DNA of 64,000 nt from Octopus sinensis (GCF_006345805.1 NC_042999.1:164734001-164798000), one strand, 5' to 3'; shown: positions 14,525-28,258, counted from the stretch's first letter. Translations and numbers: made by a program. Notes: generated from the sequence alone by a model not told the origin.

Positions 14525-14920
14525 AGGTGCAGGAGTAGCTGTGTGGTAAGCAGCTTGCTTACCAACCACATGGTTCCAGGTTCAGTCTCACTGCGTGGCA
14601 CCTTGGGCAAGTGTCTTCTACTATTGCCTTGGGCCAACCAAAGCCTTGTGAGTGAATTTGGTAGACAGAAACTGAAAGAAGCCCGTCGTATATATACATA
14701 TGTATGTGTGTGTGTTTGTGTGTCTGTGTTTGTCCACCCACCACCACCAACATCGTTTGACAACCGATGCTGGTATATTTACATCCACGTAACTTAGTAG
14801 TTCGGCAATGTAGACCGATAGAATAAGTACTGAGTTTACAAAGAATAAGCCTTGGAGTTGATTTGCTCGACTAAAGGCAGTGCTCCAGCATGGCCGCAGT
14901 CAAAATGACTGAAACAAAAA
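14525..14920 (+). mobile_element. tRNA-derived SINE, main composite family
   Basis: Head GGAGTAGCTGTGTGGTAAG...GGTTCAGTC (A/B-box-like), central microsatellite, tail CCAGCATGGCCGCAGTCAAAATGACTGAAAC. More than 10 copies in the window. Confidence 0.8.
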
Positions 14921-15035
14921 CAAAAAAAAGTCAGAGTTGGAATATCTTTGATCAGAGTTGGCCTGGGTTTAAATGAAAACAAGAATAGCAACAATTACAG
15001 TCACCAACATTTACTGCATAGAAGGGACGTTAAAA

Positions 15036-15067
<32 letters not shown>

Positions 15068-15726
15068 CTAACAACTGGATACATCCGAAAACAAACTTTC
15101 CCACAAAGCAACATGAAACACATGCAAAATGAAACCTTGACTACATAACTGAAAGAACCATCTGGATAAAAATGGGGATTAATCCCAAACGAAACACACC
15201 AACAGCAGGCAACAAAAGGGTATCTAGCCCCTGAAAAACGCAATGGTCACGGTTGGAATGCCTTCATGATCATAGATACGTTTGATCAAGGACGACAACA
15301 GAAATAAAACACAGCATCAAACAACTGAACAAGAAAATGAAAAGATAAAGAAAAGCAGGCAAAACCTGGCACACATTTGTATCCGATATGAACTAGGAAA
15401 CAAGTAGTGTAACATTAGACACAAATAATCCTCCACAACAGACACAGAAAAATAATAACTTTAAGTAGTATATACCAACACTTCAATAACCCACAAATCT
15501 CCTTATCAAACACTTCTCTAAATGCACTTAAAAAAAAGAGTGAGAAAACTAAAGCACAGGATACACATGTTTCATCCAGACTATAGCCTTGACCCCTTTC
15601 TTCCATTACATACCTGAAAACCAATAAGGAAATCCAGAATCTGAAATGCCTCCAAGGCTCCAACAAATTCATAAACAACAGAAACATTTTTAGAATCTAA
15701 AAGTTCACTGCACTCTCTCTCTCTCT

Positions 15727-15769
<43 letters not shown>

Positions 15770-16476
15770 CACCAAGAAGAAGAAGCCAATGCGGCAGCCA
15801 CTACATGGACAATCAATTTACCAAAAATAGTAGCCAAACATCCCTCAAATTACACCTGCCTTAAAAAGAAAGAACACATGGGATAGCATATTTCTACATA
15901 GTCATGAGGGGAAACTGAATTCTGCAGATGATCTCGGTTGAATACTAACACCAGCTAAAACCAATAACAACACCAAACATGACAAAGGAACTTCTAGGTG
16001 ATTGTCTGACCAGCTAGAAATAGCAACTAAATCTCCTTAACATTGGACTCTAATGTTTTAGAAAGGAAAATACATTAGAAATTATAGTTCTAGACAGCCA
16101 TGAAAAAGTGAGATGGTCAAGGCTGGAACATCTGTAATTGTAACACTCACTTGGGGCTAAACAGCAACAATAAGGAAGACAACATGGTAAGAGAGCTATC
16201 TCTGAAGTTACTTGACCTGCTAGAAATAGCAGCCAAAACTTAACTCTCATCCTGGCATTTTAAAAAGAGAATGTTTATATGGGATGGTCACTATTGGAAT
16301 GTTTTTGGACATGTGTATTCAGTCAGGACTGAACTGGATAAGCAACATCGAAATGACACCAACAACACCAACACCATCATCAGTTCCTCACCTAGTCTGT
16401 GAAGTCTGTGCCACAAATGCAGACACAGATACATACATATATATACACACACACACACATACATACATACATACAT

Positions 16477-16521
<45 letters not shown>

Positions 16522-16564
16522 CAACACACGTCTTTCTAAATCCACTCACAAGGCTTTGATTGGC

Positions 16565-16900
16565 CCAAGGTTATAGTAGAACTCCACCCATCTAACACCC
16601 GTGGACACAGTCACAAAGTCAGAAAACAGCACAGCTCCCATGACTTCAGGAAACATTTTTTGATGCTGAGAGTTGCTGAAGCATGGAACAAACTGCCGGC
16701 ATCAGTTGCTAGTTGTTGGAACATCCTTCAAAACTTCTATGCTTTCTGAGATTCGCCAACACTACACCTGATTTTCTCCCCTCCATACACACACAAGCAT
16801 ATATCTGACTCATGCATTGTTCGCTTTCCAAATATTTGTACATTACTGCATATACTCTGACAAGTTGTGGTGCACCTGAGCACTGTATACAGTAATTCCA
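16565..16900 (+). mobile_element. CR1-type LINE 3' end
   Basis: TRGHSHKVRKQ...HFLMLRVAEAWNKLP matches the CR1 C-terminal motif TRGHxxKL...RVxxxWNxLP. Confidence 0.7.
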
Positions 16901-17725
16901 TTATATTATATAAGACACTTGCTCATAAACATAAAACAAACATCAATTTTATGTGTGCGTGTGTGTGTGTCTGTGTGTAAAAATCATCATATATCATCCA
17001 CATTTTCGTGCTTGTGTGGGTCAGATGGAGTTTACTGATGCAGATTTTCTACAACCAGATGTCCCTCCTTTCACCAACCCTCACATCTTTCGAAGCAAAG
17101 TAATATTCGCCAGCAGATAGACATATTCTCGCAGAATACTGGAAATGAATGATGACAATGCTTGTATGACAACGTTACCCACCCCCACTTATAACTATCA
17201 CATGATGTCAAGGCAAGGACACACACACATATGTAACAAGCTTTCAGTTTCTGCTTACCAAGTCCACAAACAAGGATTTGATCTCCTACCCTGATGTAAT
17301 CTCCAGGGATACAGGCATCCAGCAACAGGACCAAGTGGAACTGAACCAGGAACCATGTGATTGGAAAGCAAGACCCTTACCACACACCTATGCCTGCATC
17401 TATAAAGATATATGTATATATGTATGTAAATGTTATATGTCTGCAATTAGTGAAGCAGAGCAAGATCTAGGAACAAGTGGGTGCCTGTAAGGCCTTTCTG
17501 GTAAGCGAACTGATAGGCATGTGTATGCATGGGTGGGTGCACACACAGGGGAGCTGTAGGCACTGCTATTAAGAACTAGTAATAGGTGCCGTACAGGGTT
17601 CTTCTTCTGAAGCTTAGTTCTACCACTTGTCCTACCATCACTACAACTATTGTTACAACCACCATCATCACCGACATTACTATTACCACCTCCAACACTA
17701 TTATCACTGCCACTAATACTACCAC

Positions 17726-18215
17726 CACCACCAAGATCTGGTCATCAAATCTAAATAGAGACTTCAAACTTGAAATCTTCAAAGCCACAGTCGAACCAAT
17801 TCTACTATATGGCTCAGAAACCTGGACGTTATAAAAGAAGCTTGAGAGGCGGTTGGATGGAACCTACACTCGCCTCCTTATGAGAGCTCAAAATCTCTCG
17901 TGGAAGCGTCATCCAACCAAAATGCAAATATATGGGAAACTACCACCTGTGTCATCTCTTGTGAAAGGTAGGAGAGTCCAGTTTGCTGGACATTGTTGTA
18001 GAGCTGAAAAAGAGGTAATTTCTACTCTTCTCCTCTGGAAGCCATCTACTCGCAATACCAGAGGGTGCACACTCTCCTACCCTGATGTAATCTCCAGGGA
18101 TACAGGCATCCAGCAACAGGACCTCCGTAATGCCATGATGGACCGTGAAGTCTGGTGTAGCATGGTAAATTCCATTGATTCAACCACGGTCGAACAATGA
18201 TGAATGATGATGACC
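17726..18215 (+). mobile_element. RTE-like LINE 3' end (C-terminus after RT) with (TGA)n tail
   Basis: KLEIFKATVEPILLYGSETWTL*...DGTYTRLLMRAQNLSWK...RRVQFAGHCCR...DREVW; LYGSETW and FAGH motifs; one in-frame stop. A 55-bp piece is duplicated at about 17281-17332. Confidence 0.85.
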
Positions 18216-19367
18216 ACCACCAATAACATTCTAACACGACTATGACCAACAAGGAAGTCTCTATGAAGATTGCTTGCTCTGCTAGAAACAGTAGTCAAAT
18301 CTTCCTCAACACACATCCTATGGTCTCAAACAATAAAGGATAGATATAGTGGATAATGTAATTCCATGGGATGATCATGGCTGGAATACCTTTGTTCTTA
18401 GTTCAGTTCAGTCAGGGATGACCTTCGGCTAAACAACACATACCACCAAACTACCATCGCCGCCGCCGCCGCCACCGCCACCGCCGCCACCGCCACCGCC
18501 ACCGCCACCACCATTTAATATTTATGAATAAAACTTGTGGAAATGAAGACCTGTCACAGAGCACAACAATGCCAAAATACTAAAAATCACCTAGTGTGAT
18601 AGGCCTGACAAAAATACATTAGGTGTATAGTCCAACACACCCCTGAAAAGACAAGATGGTCATGACTAGATTGCCTTCGATCATATCTATTAGATTAGAG
18701 TTGACCTGTGGTTAAGCAGCGACATTTCACTACACAACATCAAGCATTATGTCACAATACATGAATGAACAAGTGAACCACCACATGGCCACTCGACCAG
18801 CTAGAAACAGCAGCTAAATCTCCCTCAAATAACACACAATGTTGAAAAAAAGAAGTACATATATAGGACAATATAGTTATAAACATACAGAAAAGCATAA
18901 CAGTCAGGCTGAAAATGCCTTACATTAGATCTATAAGCTAAATCACAAACCTGAGATTAAATAACGACACTATGATACACATAGCATCAAATTATTCTAC
19001 TTTTCATTACACAAAATATAGCAAATACTTTGTAGACACATTCATTCTTACAAACACAGCACACCCATATGCCCTCCATCTGCCAGGTGTTGCAACTGTG
19101 TCCCATATGTCACACTGCTCAAAACACTTATGCCTCACTAGAGCATGGCTTTTGTTAAACTTAGCGATGCTCTGGTAATCAAGCAAAAATTTGCTGACAT
19201 ACTTTGAATCGAAAGTTTCAAATTATCGCATCAATAATTCAAGGAAAATTATATTTTAACGTCAAAAGTTTAAGGGAAAAATATATAAAAAAATTATTGC
19301 TCAATTTGTATTAATCATACCTGTGTATAATAAAATTACGAATAAGATATTTTTTGATATGTTAAAG

Positions 19368-19593
19368 CAGTGATTCTCAACTGAGGTCCACATAAGATTT
19401 CGATTTTATAATTTATGTGCAACAAATTGGCACAGGAGTGGCTGTGTGATATGTAGCTTGCTTACTAACCACATGGTCCTGGGTTCAGTCCCACTGCGTG
19501 GCACCTTGGGCAAGTGTCTTCTACAATAACCTTGGGGCCACCAAAGCCTTGTGAGTGGATTTGGTAGACGGAAACTGGAAGAAGCCCGTCGTA

Positions 19594-19625
<32 letters not shown>

Positions 19626-20237
19626 GGTATGTGTATGTGTATGTTTGTGTGTCTGTTTGTCCCCCCCAGCATCGCTTGACAACCTATTTCTCTACTACCC
19701 ACAAGGGGCTAAACACAGAGGGGACAAACAAGGACAGACAAACGGATTAAGTCAATTACATCAACCCCAGTGCGTAACTGGTACTTAATTTATCGATACC
19801 GAAAGGATGAAAGGCAAAGTCGACCTCGGCAGTATTTGAACTCAGAATGTTACGGCAGACGAAATACGGCTACGCATTTCGCCGACGTGCTAACGGTTCT
19901 GCCAGCTCGCCGCTGGTGTGTTTACGTCTCTGTAACTTAGCAGTTTGGCAAAAGAGACCAATAGAATAAATACTAGGCTTACAAAGAATAAGCTCTGGGG
20001 TTGATTTGCTCAAATATAAAAGCAGTGCTCCAGCATGGCAGCAGTCAAATGACTGAAACAAGTAAAAGAGAGAATACTTCAACAATACACAAAATATTAT
20101 CATAGATTTTTAAATACAATTTCTTATATTATTTGGACATAAAAATATAACAGAATTTCTTTGAAGATTGAAAGGTCCATCTGAGTAAAATAGGAATCAA
20201 AGAGGTCCATAGGTAAAAAAATGGTTGAGAACCACTG
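19368..20237. mobile_element. hAT-like MITE hosting nested SINEs
   Basis: TIRs CAGTGATTCTCAAC (19368) and GTTGAGAACCACTG (ends 20237); no clear 8-bp TSD. Confidence 0.55.
19430..20070 (+). mobile_element. Main-family SINE split by a second SINE inserted in opposite orientation (19686-19914)
   Basis: Head at 19430-19685 and tail at 19915-20070 join into the family consensus. The insert has a tRNA-like head on minus; decayed relatives at about 5770-5910 and 6030-6200. Confidence 0.75.
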
Positions 20238-21452
20238 CGTATTTGTAGAGATTTTTTAAAGTCTTTAAATAGTATTTTAAAAATCCTCAACACACTGTTT
20301 ATGTACTGAGGCCAAAATTGTCCTTCAACCCTTAAATTTCAACAGCCCATCTTGAACCTTAACTGCACTAATCTCACCAAGTTATCTCTAACACTGCAAC
20401 GTATATGCTTATGCATATGGAAAGAGAGCAGAAACATGGAAGGATTGAAATGTATGGTTTATAGAGTATCTCAAGGTGTAGCCCAGATAGTGGCAACAAC
20501 TATGTTATGGTGCACAGTGATGGGGCTACAGTGATGATCTCTGTGGCTTTTGGACCACCTCTAAAACTTATTCAAATTAAATACATTTGTTGGCTAATTT
20601 TTTCTGATATAAATAAGGACTGCTAGTGATGGAAATGAGGGCATGTGCGGGGATTTTTGTTTGATGCACAAAAGCTACATAATATAGAGTTTGTAGACCA
20701 CTGAAAAATGGGCAAAAATCAAAACGAGCCATTTAAAATTAGAAATTGTTGATCCATGGCATAACCAATTTATATATTTATTATCTATTTGTAATAGTAT
20801 TGGTAACAGAGAAAGTATTAGTTATAATAATGATCACTGAAGTATGGAACTGGTAATAGTGAAAATAGTAGCAATAGTTCTGTTTGATGAGGTGAGATGG
20901 CCCAATGGGTAAAATCCTCCAACCATCTGTTTATGTGTCATGGGTTAAAATCTGTTCCTGAAGTTCCTCTCTTTCTGAACAAAATGCTTTATTCAATATT
21001 ATATTAGTTTACCTAGTTGTTATAATTTAACAGATCAAACTAATTCACTCTCTGACCACAGTCTGCTGGTCAGTTCCCCAAGCTATGAAGAATAAATATC
21101 AGATTAATCTAATACTACCAACTATAAATCAGTTCACCCACCACCAAAAAAAAAAAAAATGCATCAGATCAATCCAGTTCAGTCTCAGAGGAAAGTCCAT
21201 CAGTTATTGGTCTGTCTCAGTCTTGATCACATGATGTTGGAGTTTTGATTATATAATGTTCAGTTACACATTAACTGTTTATTCTACATTATAGTTATCA
21301 AATACAAGAGATTCCTTGCTAAGCTCAAAGCCTGTTGAGGATTGACACTTTCATTTATTCTTGTTCAGCAAATATTCTGAGGTCAAGTTACTTAAGTATT
21401 ACTCTTCTGCCTAATCAAAGACAACCTTGTATTGAGTAATTTAGAAGAGACA

Positions 21453-21604
21453 GGTGTGGCTGTGTGATAAGAAGTTTGCTTCGTAACCACATAGTTCCAG
21501 GTTCATTCTCACTGCGTGGCACCTTGGGCAAGTGTCTCCTACTATAGCCTTGGGCCGACCAAAGCCTTGTGAGTGGATTTGGTAGACAGAAACTGAAAGA
21601 ACCC

Positions 21605-21605
<1 letters not shown>
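21453..21605 (+). mobile_element. Main-family SINE head
   Basis: GGTGTGGCTGTGTGATAAG...GGCAAGTGTC...GGTAGACAGAAACTGAAAGA. Confidence 0.75.
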
Positions 21606-21637
<32 letters not shown>

Positions 21638-22070
21638 CTAGCTTAAGTACTCAGCATTGCTCAGAAGTTTAAAGAATATTAAAGGAAATAAATATATTTA
21701 TTCCAATAAAAAAGATATTTTCAGAAAAGTTCTATCATATGACATGAGTATAAACAAAGTTATCAAAACAAATCCTGAAATCAATCACAGTTTAATTTTG
21801 AAGAACTTCTAAATATACAATGTTTTCAGTGTGTCCTGTAATTGGAGTACAAAGTAAAAGAGTTTTGGGACTTCCTACTGGTGAACATCCACCATATAAT
21901 TGTCCATGAGAGAAGCAAGGAGAAGCAAGGTTAAGCCCAACAGCATTGAGAGATTGGGCTTGAGATTTGTTTATGGACGTAGCAAAACTTAGTTTCACTG
22001 GGTGGGAACTGGAGCTGTTTCAATTTACAGGTGATGTCAGATGGGATTAATGGGATCTGTAGAATGAAGA
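21638..22070 (-). mobile_element. 3' end of a decayed autonomous Helitron (PIF1-like helicase C-terminus)
   Basis: Minus translation ...IPLIPSD...QLQFP / KLSFATSINKSQAQSLNAVGLNLASPCFSHGQLYGGCSPVGSP...NIVYLEVL matches the Helitron helicase motif FAxTINKSQGQSL...FSHGQLYVAxSRV...NIVYxEVL. Followed by terminal CTAG|T at 21638. Confidence 0.85.
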
Positions 22071-22239
22071 TATAATCACCCTTATATTTCCCAAGAGAAA
22101 TGAATTTTGGCAGTAAGGACTAAACCTAATGCTTCATTATCACAATTAAAAAATGATTATCTTTACTTTAAAGAAGAAGAGGTGGAGGTCGTAGACGTAT
22201 GATGGAGAATTATTCAATATCGTGTTTGCTTCTATCAGA

Positions 22240-23790
22240 ATTGTTTACCGATGTATACGACAAGTATGTAAAACATATTTCTGTTTTTGAAAAAAAGCTA
22301 AAACTTTAGTGGCATCCCCTAGAACCTTTCCCACGTAATGAAAAACCTTCATGCCAAATTTGGTACAGATTGATCCAGTAGTTTGGCCATGCCAATAGGC
22401 CGTGTGGGTAGGGGGAAATTGTAGATTTGATTTTGAATCAGAGGTAGGACCAATATCCAAGTAGAAATAGTAACATCGGATTTCAATATGAAATATCAAG
22501 TGTACTCTGGCTAATTTTATTAGGTCCATTCCACGAACAATTATTTGAATAACTCATGTCAATATCTCTAACTTAGGTCACAGGAATATTGAACTTTAAA
22601 ACTTATAAAGTTTATCATATAAATTGGAAGATATCCTACAGTGTATAAGTGTGTGTCTGTATGAAGACCTTTCGTTATTTAAAAACCTGACTGTTTCTTT
22701 TTCGTTAAATCTCTTGTTTCATTATCACACTTAAAAGCATTTCAAAATCATTTACATTCAAAGCGAAAAAACAAAACTGATATAATTCCCAGGCAGCCAA
22801 ATTTTGGTACAGATTGATCCAGTAGTTTGGCCATGCATAGATGAAACACACACACCATACTCACACACAGACAGTAAGAATAAAAGTGAAATTACAGTGT
22901 TATGGAAAGTGAAACTATTATACTGCAGCAAAGAAAAAAAAAAATCGGAAGCGTTGTATAGAGGGGCTACAAACAATTATTTGAATAACTCATGTCAATA
23001 TCTCTAACTTATGACACAGGAATATTGAACTTTAAAATTTATAAAGTTTATTGAATAAATTGAAAGATTAGAAACACTGCCAGATCAGACTGGGCCTGAT
23101 GCAGCCTTCCGGCTTCACAGTCCCCAGTTGAACCGTCCAACCCATGCTAGCATGGAAAGCGGATGCTAAATGAAATGATGATGATGATGATCCTACAGTG
23201 TATAAGTGTGTGTCCATATGAAGACCTTTCGTTATTTAGAAACCTTACTGTTTTTTTTTCCTTTAAATCTCGTTTCATTATCACAATTAAAAATGTTTCA
23301 GAATCATTTACCTTTAAAGCGAAAAAACAAAACCAACATACTTTCCAGACAGCCAGATCTGGTACAGATTGATCCAGCAGTTTGGCTGTGTATAGAGGAA
23401 ACACACACACACACAGAGTAAGAATAAAGGTGAAACAATAAAAGTGAAACTAGCGTTATGAAAAGTGAAACTATTATACCACTGAAAAAATATCAGAAGT
23501 GTCATATAGGGTGTGCTACAGCCCCTATATGGAGAAGGGCCAAAATTTGACACCCCAACAACCATCTCTGAGTAGTAGAAAACCTTCATGCCAAATTTGG
23601 TATTATAACAATGCAAAAAAGAAAAAATTGGAAGCATTGTATAGGTGGGCTACAGCCCCCTATATGGGCAAGGGTCAAAATTTGAGCCCCACTAGAACTT
23701 TCCCTGAGTAATGAAAAACCTTCATGTCAAATTTGGTACAGACTGATCCAGTGGTTTGGCTGTGCATAGAGGAAACACACAGACAGACAG
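22240..23790. repeat. Tandem array of Helitron-like terminal segments, interrupted by an RTE-tail insertion (about 23070-23190)
   Basis: Motif AAAACCTTCATGCCAAATTTGGTACAGATTGATCCAGTAGTTTGG recurs whole or in part near 22343, 22796, 23355, 23578 and 23714; blocks starting near 22537 and 22632 recur near 22972 and 23189. Confidence 0.6.
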
Positions 23791-26636
23791 AAGATTTATA
23801 TATGTGTGTGTGAGTGTGTGAGTATGTCTTTTATGTGTGTGTTTGCCCCACACCACTGCTTGACAACTTGTGTTGTATGTTTATGTCCCTGTACCTTAGC
23901 AATTTGGTAAGAGACAGATAGAATAAGTACGAGTGGGGAGGGTTGATTTGTTCAACTAAAACCCTTCAAAGCACTGCTCCAGCATGGCCGCAGTCAAATG
24001 ACTGCAACAAGTGAAAGATAAAAGATAATATAACAACAATAATTTCAACTGATTTACAAATGTAGTCTAATACAGTGTCTCTTTCCCCTTCTCTATCTCT
24101 TACACACACATGGACACATATACATGATGTTTTGAAACTAGATTAAAAAAAAACATCAACCATTGTGACAGAGGCGGGAGATATGGAAGTGCTCTATTTT
24201 TATCCTGACAAAGTCACTGACCATCGGTCAATGATCTTGTAAAATAGTGAAAACTCATTTATCTTTAATGAAACTGAATCACTGTCAGCATGTGTTGAAC
24301 AAACAAGTCTGGCTGTGTTCTAACAGACTGGCTCAATCAAACAAAGATTTACCCCTACACTTACAATGTGTGTGTGTGTGTGTGTGTAAGTATGGTTCTG
24401 TGTAAGTGTGTATAAACATACATACGCACACCACATATGCAGAGATAGACTCTTCTTTTGGTTTCATCATATGAGGATCCAACAACCTACACTTTCTTTG
24501 TTAGTCATAATGCTTATGCATATATATTAGTGACATCTATATTTCTGCTTTTCAGTTGTAAATTGTGAAGAAGCCACTTTCATTATTATTATTATTATTA
24601 TATATATATATGTATGTATACATCTTTATATATTTATATATTTATATGTGTATCATCATCAAGTATATAGACAGGGGTGTACAAGTAGGTTTAACTAAAT
24701 CATATTAGAGGTATGAAAACCACAAGGATAGCCTTGCTTAAAATACCAAACATGTTGTCTGTATTTCATTAATACTATTATGTGTTTCGTCTTCTGCACA
24801 CTAGGCTATCCCATGGTTTGATGTTTCTTGCTTAACCACACTGGATACAAGTATGGATTGTGAAACATGCTACTCAGCCCTAACTTTAGCTATGTGTGGC
24901 ATTTTCCAGCACATATATATACTCTACACTGTTACCCACTAATCAGATGAGTCCTTCTACAGTAAGCATTTGCCATATCTGAATGGAGAAATAGTACCTA
25001 AAGTGTAAAATGTTGACAAGGGCATATATTTCATAGGAGATCTTACAAAAATGACCTTATGAGAATTTATTTTAATGCACATCATAACATGCCACTAGTC
25101 AGAAATAGATATTGAAAATCAACAACATTTATTTATGGTTGAAATTATAAAAACAACAATAGGAGGAATACAGCACAAAAAAAATATAGGAATTAAAGAT
25201 TTATCCAGGAAAATGGACAGAAATATAAAAATAAATATAAAATATATCATTTGGAAAAGAGAGCTACATGAGAAGGAGCTATTCAAAAGGCTATCATATT
25301 TGATACGAAAAAAAATTATGGTTAATATCACAGGAAGAAATTCTTTGATAATAGCAGTGTGTGGAACATTCAAGAAACTAAATTTAACAACCAAAATTGA
25401 ACCTCAGGAACTACTGTACTACTAGCTTGAGTGCAGATTGTGTCTTATGTAGAAACTCAGATCTACATAAGATATATGGATGCACACAAAAGGGGTACAT
25501 TAGTCAAGGGTACATGGAAATAAAATCATAAGAGGACATAGCATCAATCCATACACCCTGAAGATATACTATGCAGGCATGGATGAAAAAAGAGGATAAT
25601 GGGTTTCAGACACTAAAAAGGCAGAAGTGGAAGACATCAACTTGACATGAGGATTCAACAATCATTTGTCACACTCATAGTTATTCATATCATGTGATAG
25701 TATAATGCAGGTAGTCTCTTTAGATAGATATGGGCCAATATTAAAAAAAAAAGGTTACATTGGAATTATTTGTAATAAGTTTAAAATAAGCTATAATTGT
25801 CATGCTGATTTCATTTGTAATCCTGAAAGAAACAGTGCTTCATAGTCTAGATTTATAAGGAAGTTATAGGACCAAAATATACCCTTTGAGCTGAAAAAGA
25901 ATTATTTAAAAAAGGCAAAACCATACATCTATACACAGGAAACAAAAAATCTTTTAACATTTTGTACAGTTGAGGTATCTGAAATATTCTTTACCAAAGA
26001 TGCCCTACTCAATAAATCCCCACTGCCCAAAAGAAAATAATATCATACAACCATAAAAATTCCTAAACATTCTTACAATCACCAATCTCATAAACATCAA
26101 GCTGCGTAAATTGCTTTCTTCCAAAATCAAGTTTATCTTTGTTTGCTATTTTCTCTACAACTGTTAGCATATTTTCTGAGAGTTATGAACTTTTACTCAA
26201 CAATAAAGTTTGAAGATTTATATATGTTTGTGTCCTTAGCTATACCTATATTACAAGTCCCAATGGTCACAGTTTTTATGTTCTGTTATAATTTGTGTGT
26301 GCAAACTGATGCTTATCATGTTCTACATCTTGCTTAGCTAACAATCATATAAATACATGTAGCTCCACCTACTAATAAATATTATATTTCTACCATGTTG
26401 AACATGTTTCTTATCTGACTATTGAATAGCTACCTGTTGTTTCACCTACTTGAACCAATTTTGATACATTTACATTTTTAGTTCACTACCAAATATACTT
26501 TTTCTTTTAAGTTTCAGAAGCCTTCTTCCAATATTATTTTATCATTATATCAATGCTTTCTTTTTTTGTTTCTTTAAATGTTTGCTATTTGCTAAAATGA
26601 AGTCGTGTAAATCCTGCCAAGCTTCCATCATAATAG

Positions 26637-26960
26637 TGAAGGCACATGGCTTAGTGGTTAGGGCGTTCGGCTCATGATCATAAGGTTGTGAGTTCAATTC
26701 CCGGCAACGCATTGTGTCTTTGAGCAAGACACTTTATTTCATGTTGCTCCAGTCCACTTGGCTGGTAAAAATTAGTAGCACCTGTATTTCAAAGGGCTGG
26801 CCTTGGCACATTCTATGTCACACCGAATCTCCCTGAGAACTACATTAGGGGTACACATGTCTGTGGAGTGCTCAGCCATTTGCATGTTAATTTCATGAGC
26901 AGGCTGTTCCATTGATCGGATCAACTGGAACCCTTGTCATTGTAACCAACAGAGGGCCCT
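26637..26960 (+). mobile_element. tRNA-derived SINE, second family
   Basis: TGGCTTAGTGGTTAGGGCG (A box), GAGTTCAATTCCC (B box), then GTGTCTTTGAGCAAGACACTT. Confidence 0.75.
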
Positions 26961-27979
26961 ATGTCCAACATGTATAATATACATTTGTATTTACTGCTCT
27001 TTCATTTCTCTTCCTATCTTTATTACTGCATTGTTAGAATGTTGATTTTATATAATTTACTATGAAGGTGGGTCTACCCAAAAACTATTTACCTATTGAT
27101 TGTTTAATTCTTCACTATCTTGCATTAATAACTAGGCTCTGTGTGTACAAGAGATGATGTTGACAGCTTTTCCTCCTAATTTTTATATTTCATATAATAA
27201 AACTTAATTATATAATTTTTTTACTATCGTTTATAAGTACACCATCAGTGACATTTCTCAAACTTATTTAATTAATGGTAATTAAACAATTTTCGTTGTT
27301 CTTTTTTCCTTGACTTTCAATGTTTCTTAATATTTATTTTCATATTAGCTACACTTAACTAAATTATATAAATTCGACTCACAGTTACTGGTTATAAAAT
27401 TCTTAGATATTTTGATACAATACTTTGAATACAAGGTGTGAAAATACACACACACATTTGTATAGATTTGGAGAAGAGATAAATTACATAAATCAGTATG
27501 CAAATGTAAAATACTCTTTAATGCATTATAACTTGAAAGGCTGATAATTCCAGTACTCCGAGTTTCATGTTTTTGATTATTCAGCTGGTAATCGAAACCC
27601 ATTTTCTCTGTTGTTCAAATAATTTGGAAATGTTACATGAAAGTAATGAAGAAAAGGCCTGTCTTTATGATTTTCTTTAAAGAAATCATGCAAGAAATAC
27701 GTGTAAAAATGGTTGTTTCGAGTTCACATTTAACATTTCATGTTCCTGTGGAGATACTCTAAATATCTTAAACTTCATTCAAGTAAGGTCACTCTGAGAG
27801 CTGTCATCATAAGATTGCATTGTTATTAAAGTAATATATAAAAATTCTAACTATTTTAAAAGATGTTACATTTTAAAGACAATATATGTACGAGAGCTTG
27901 TGTGTGTGTGTGCTTGAAGAGGTAACCATGTATCAACCCTACAGCAAGACACCAGTTCCTGTCCCCCTATCATTCCATC

Positions 27980-28258
27980 ACCTAGCATAACGCCACCTTT
28001 CTTGATACTATCCACCCCCAACTCAATTGAGGGGTCAGGTCTTGGGAGTCACTTGGTAACTCACTAGTGTTGGTACCATGTAAAAAGCATCCAGTACACT
28101 CTATAAAATTGTAGGCATTAGGAAGGGCATCCAGCTGTAGAAACCATGCCAAAGCAGACATTCGAGCTTGGTGCAGTCCTTTGGCCCACCATCTTCTGTT
28201 GAACCACTCAACCCATGCCAGCATGGAAAACAGATACTAAATGATGATGATGATGATG
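27980..28258 (+). mobile_element. RTE-tail/SINE fragment ending in (TGA)n
   Basis: Same 3' module as 1230-1460 and 8560-8775. Confidence 0.65.

Noticed and set aside
24946-24960. 15-nt plus-strand micro-exon (MSPST) with CAG and GTAAGC
   Set aside because: No supported plus-strand gene to host it; expected by chance.
25135-25425. K/I-rich 96-aa ORF
   Set aside because: A-rich compositional ORF with no motif; possibly an ancient transposon.
26640-26712. tRNA gene-like sequences (also about 34330-34400)
   Set aside because: A/B boxes are SINE heads followed by SINE bodies; no complete cloverleaf.
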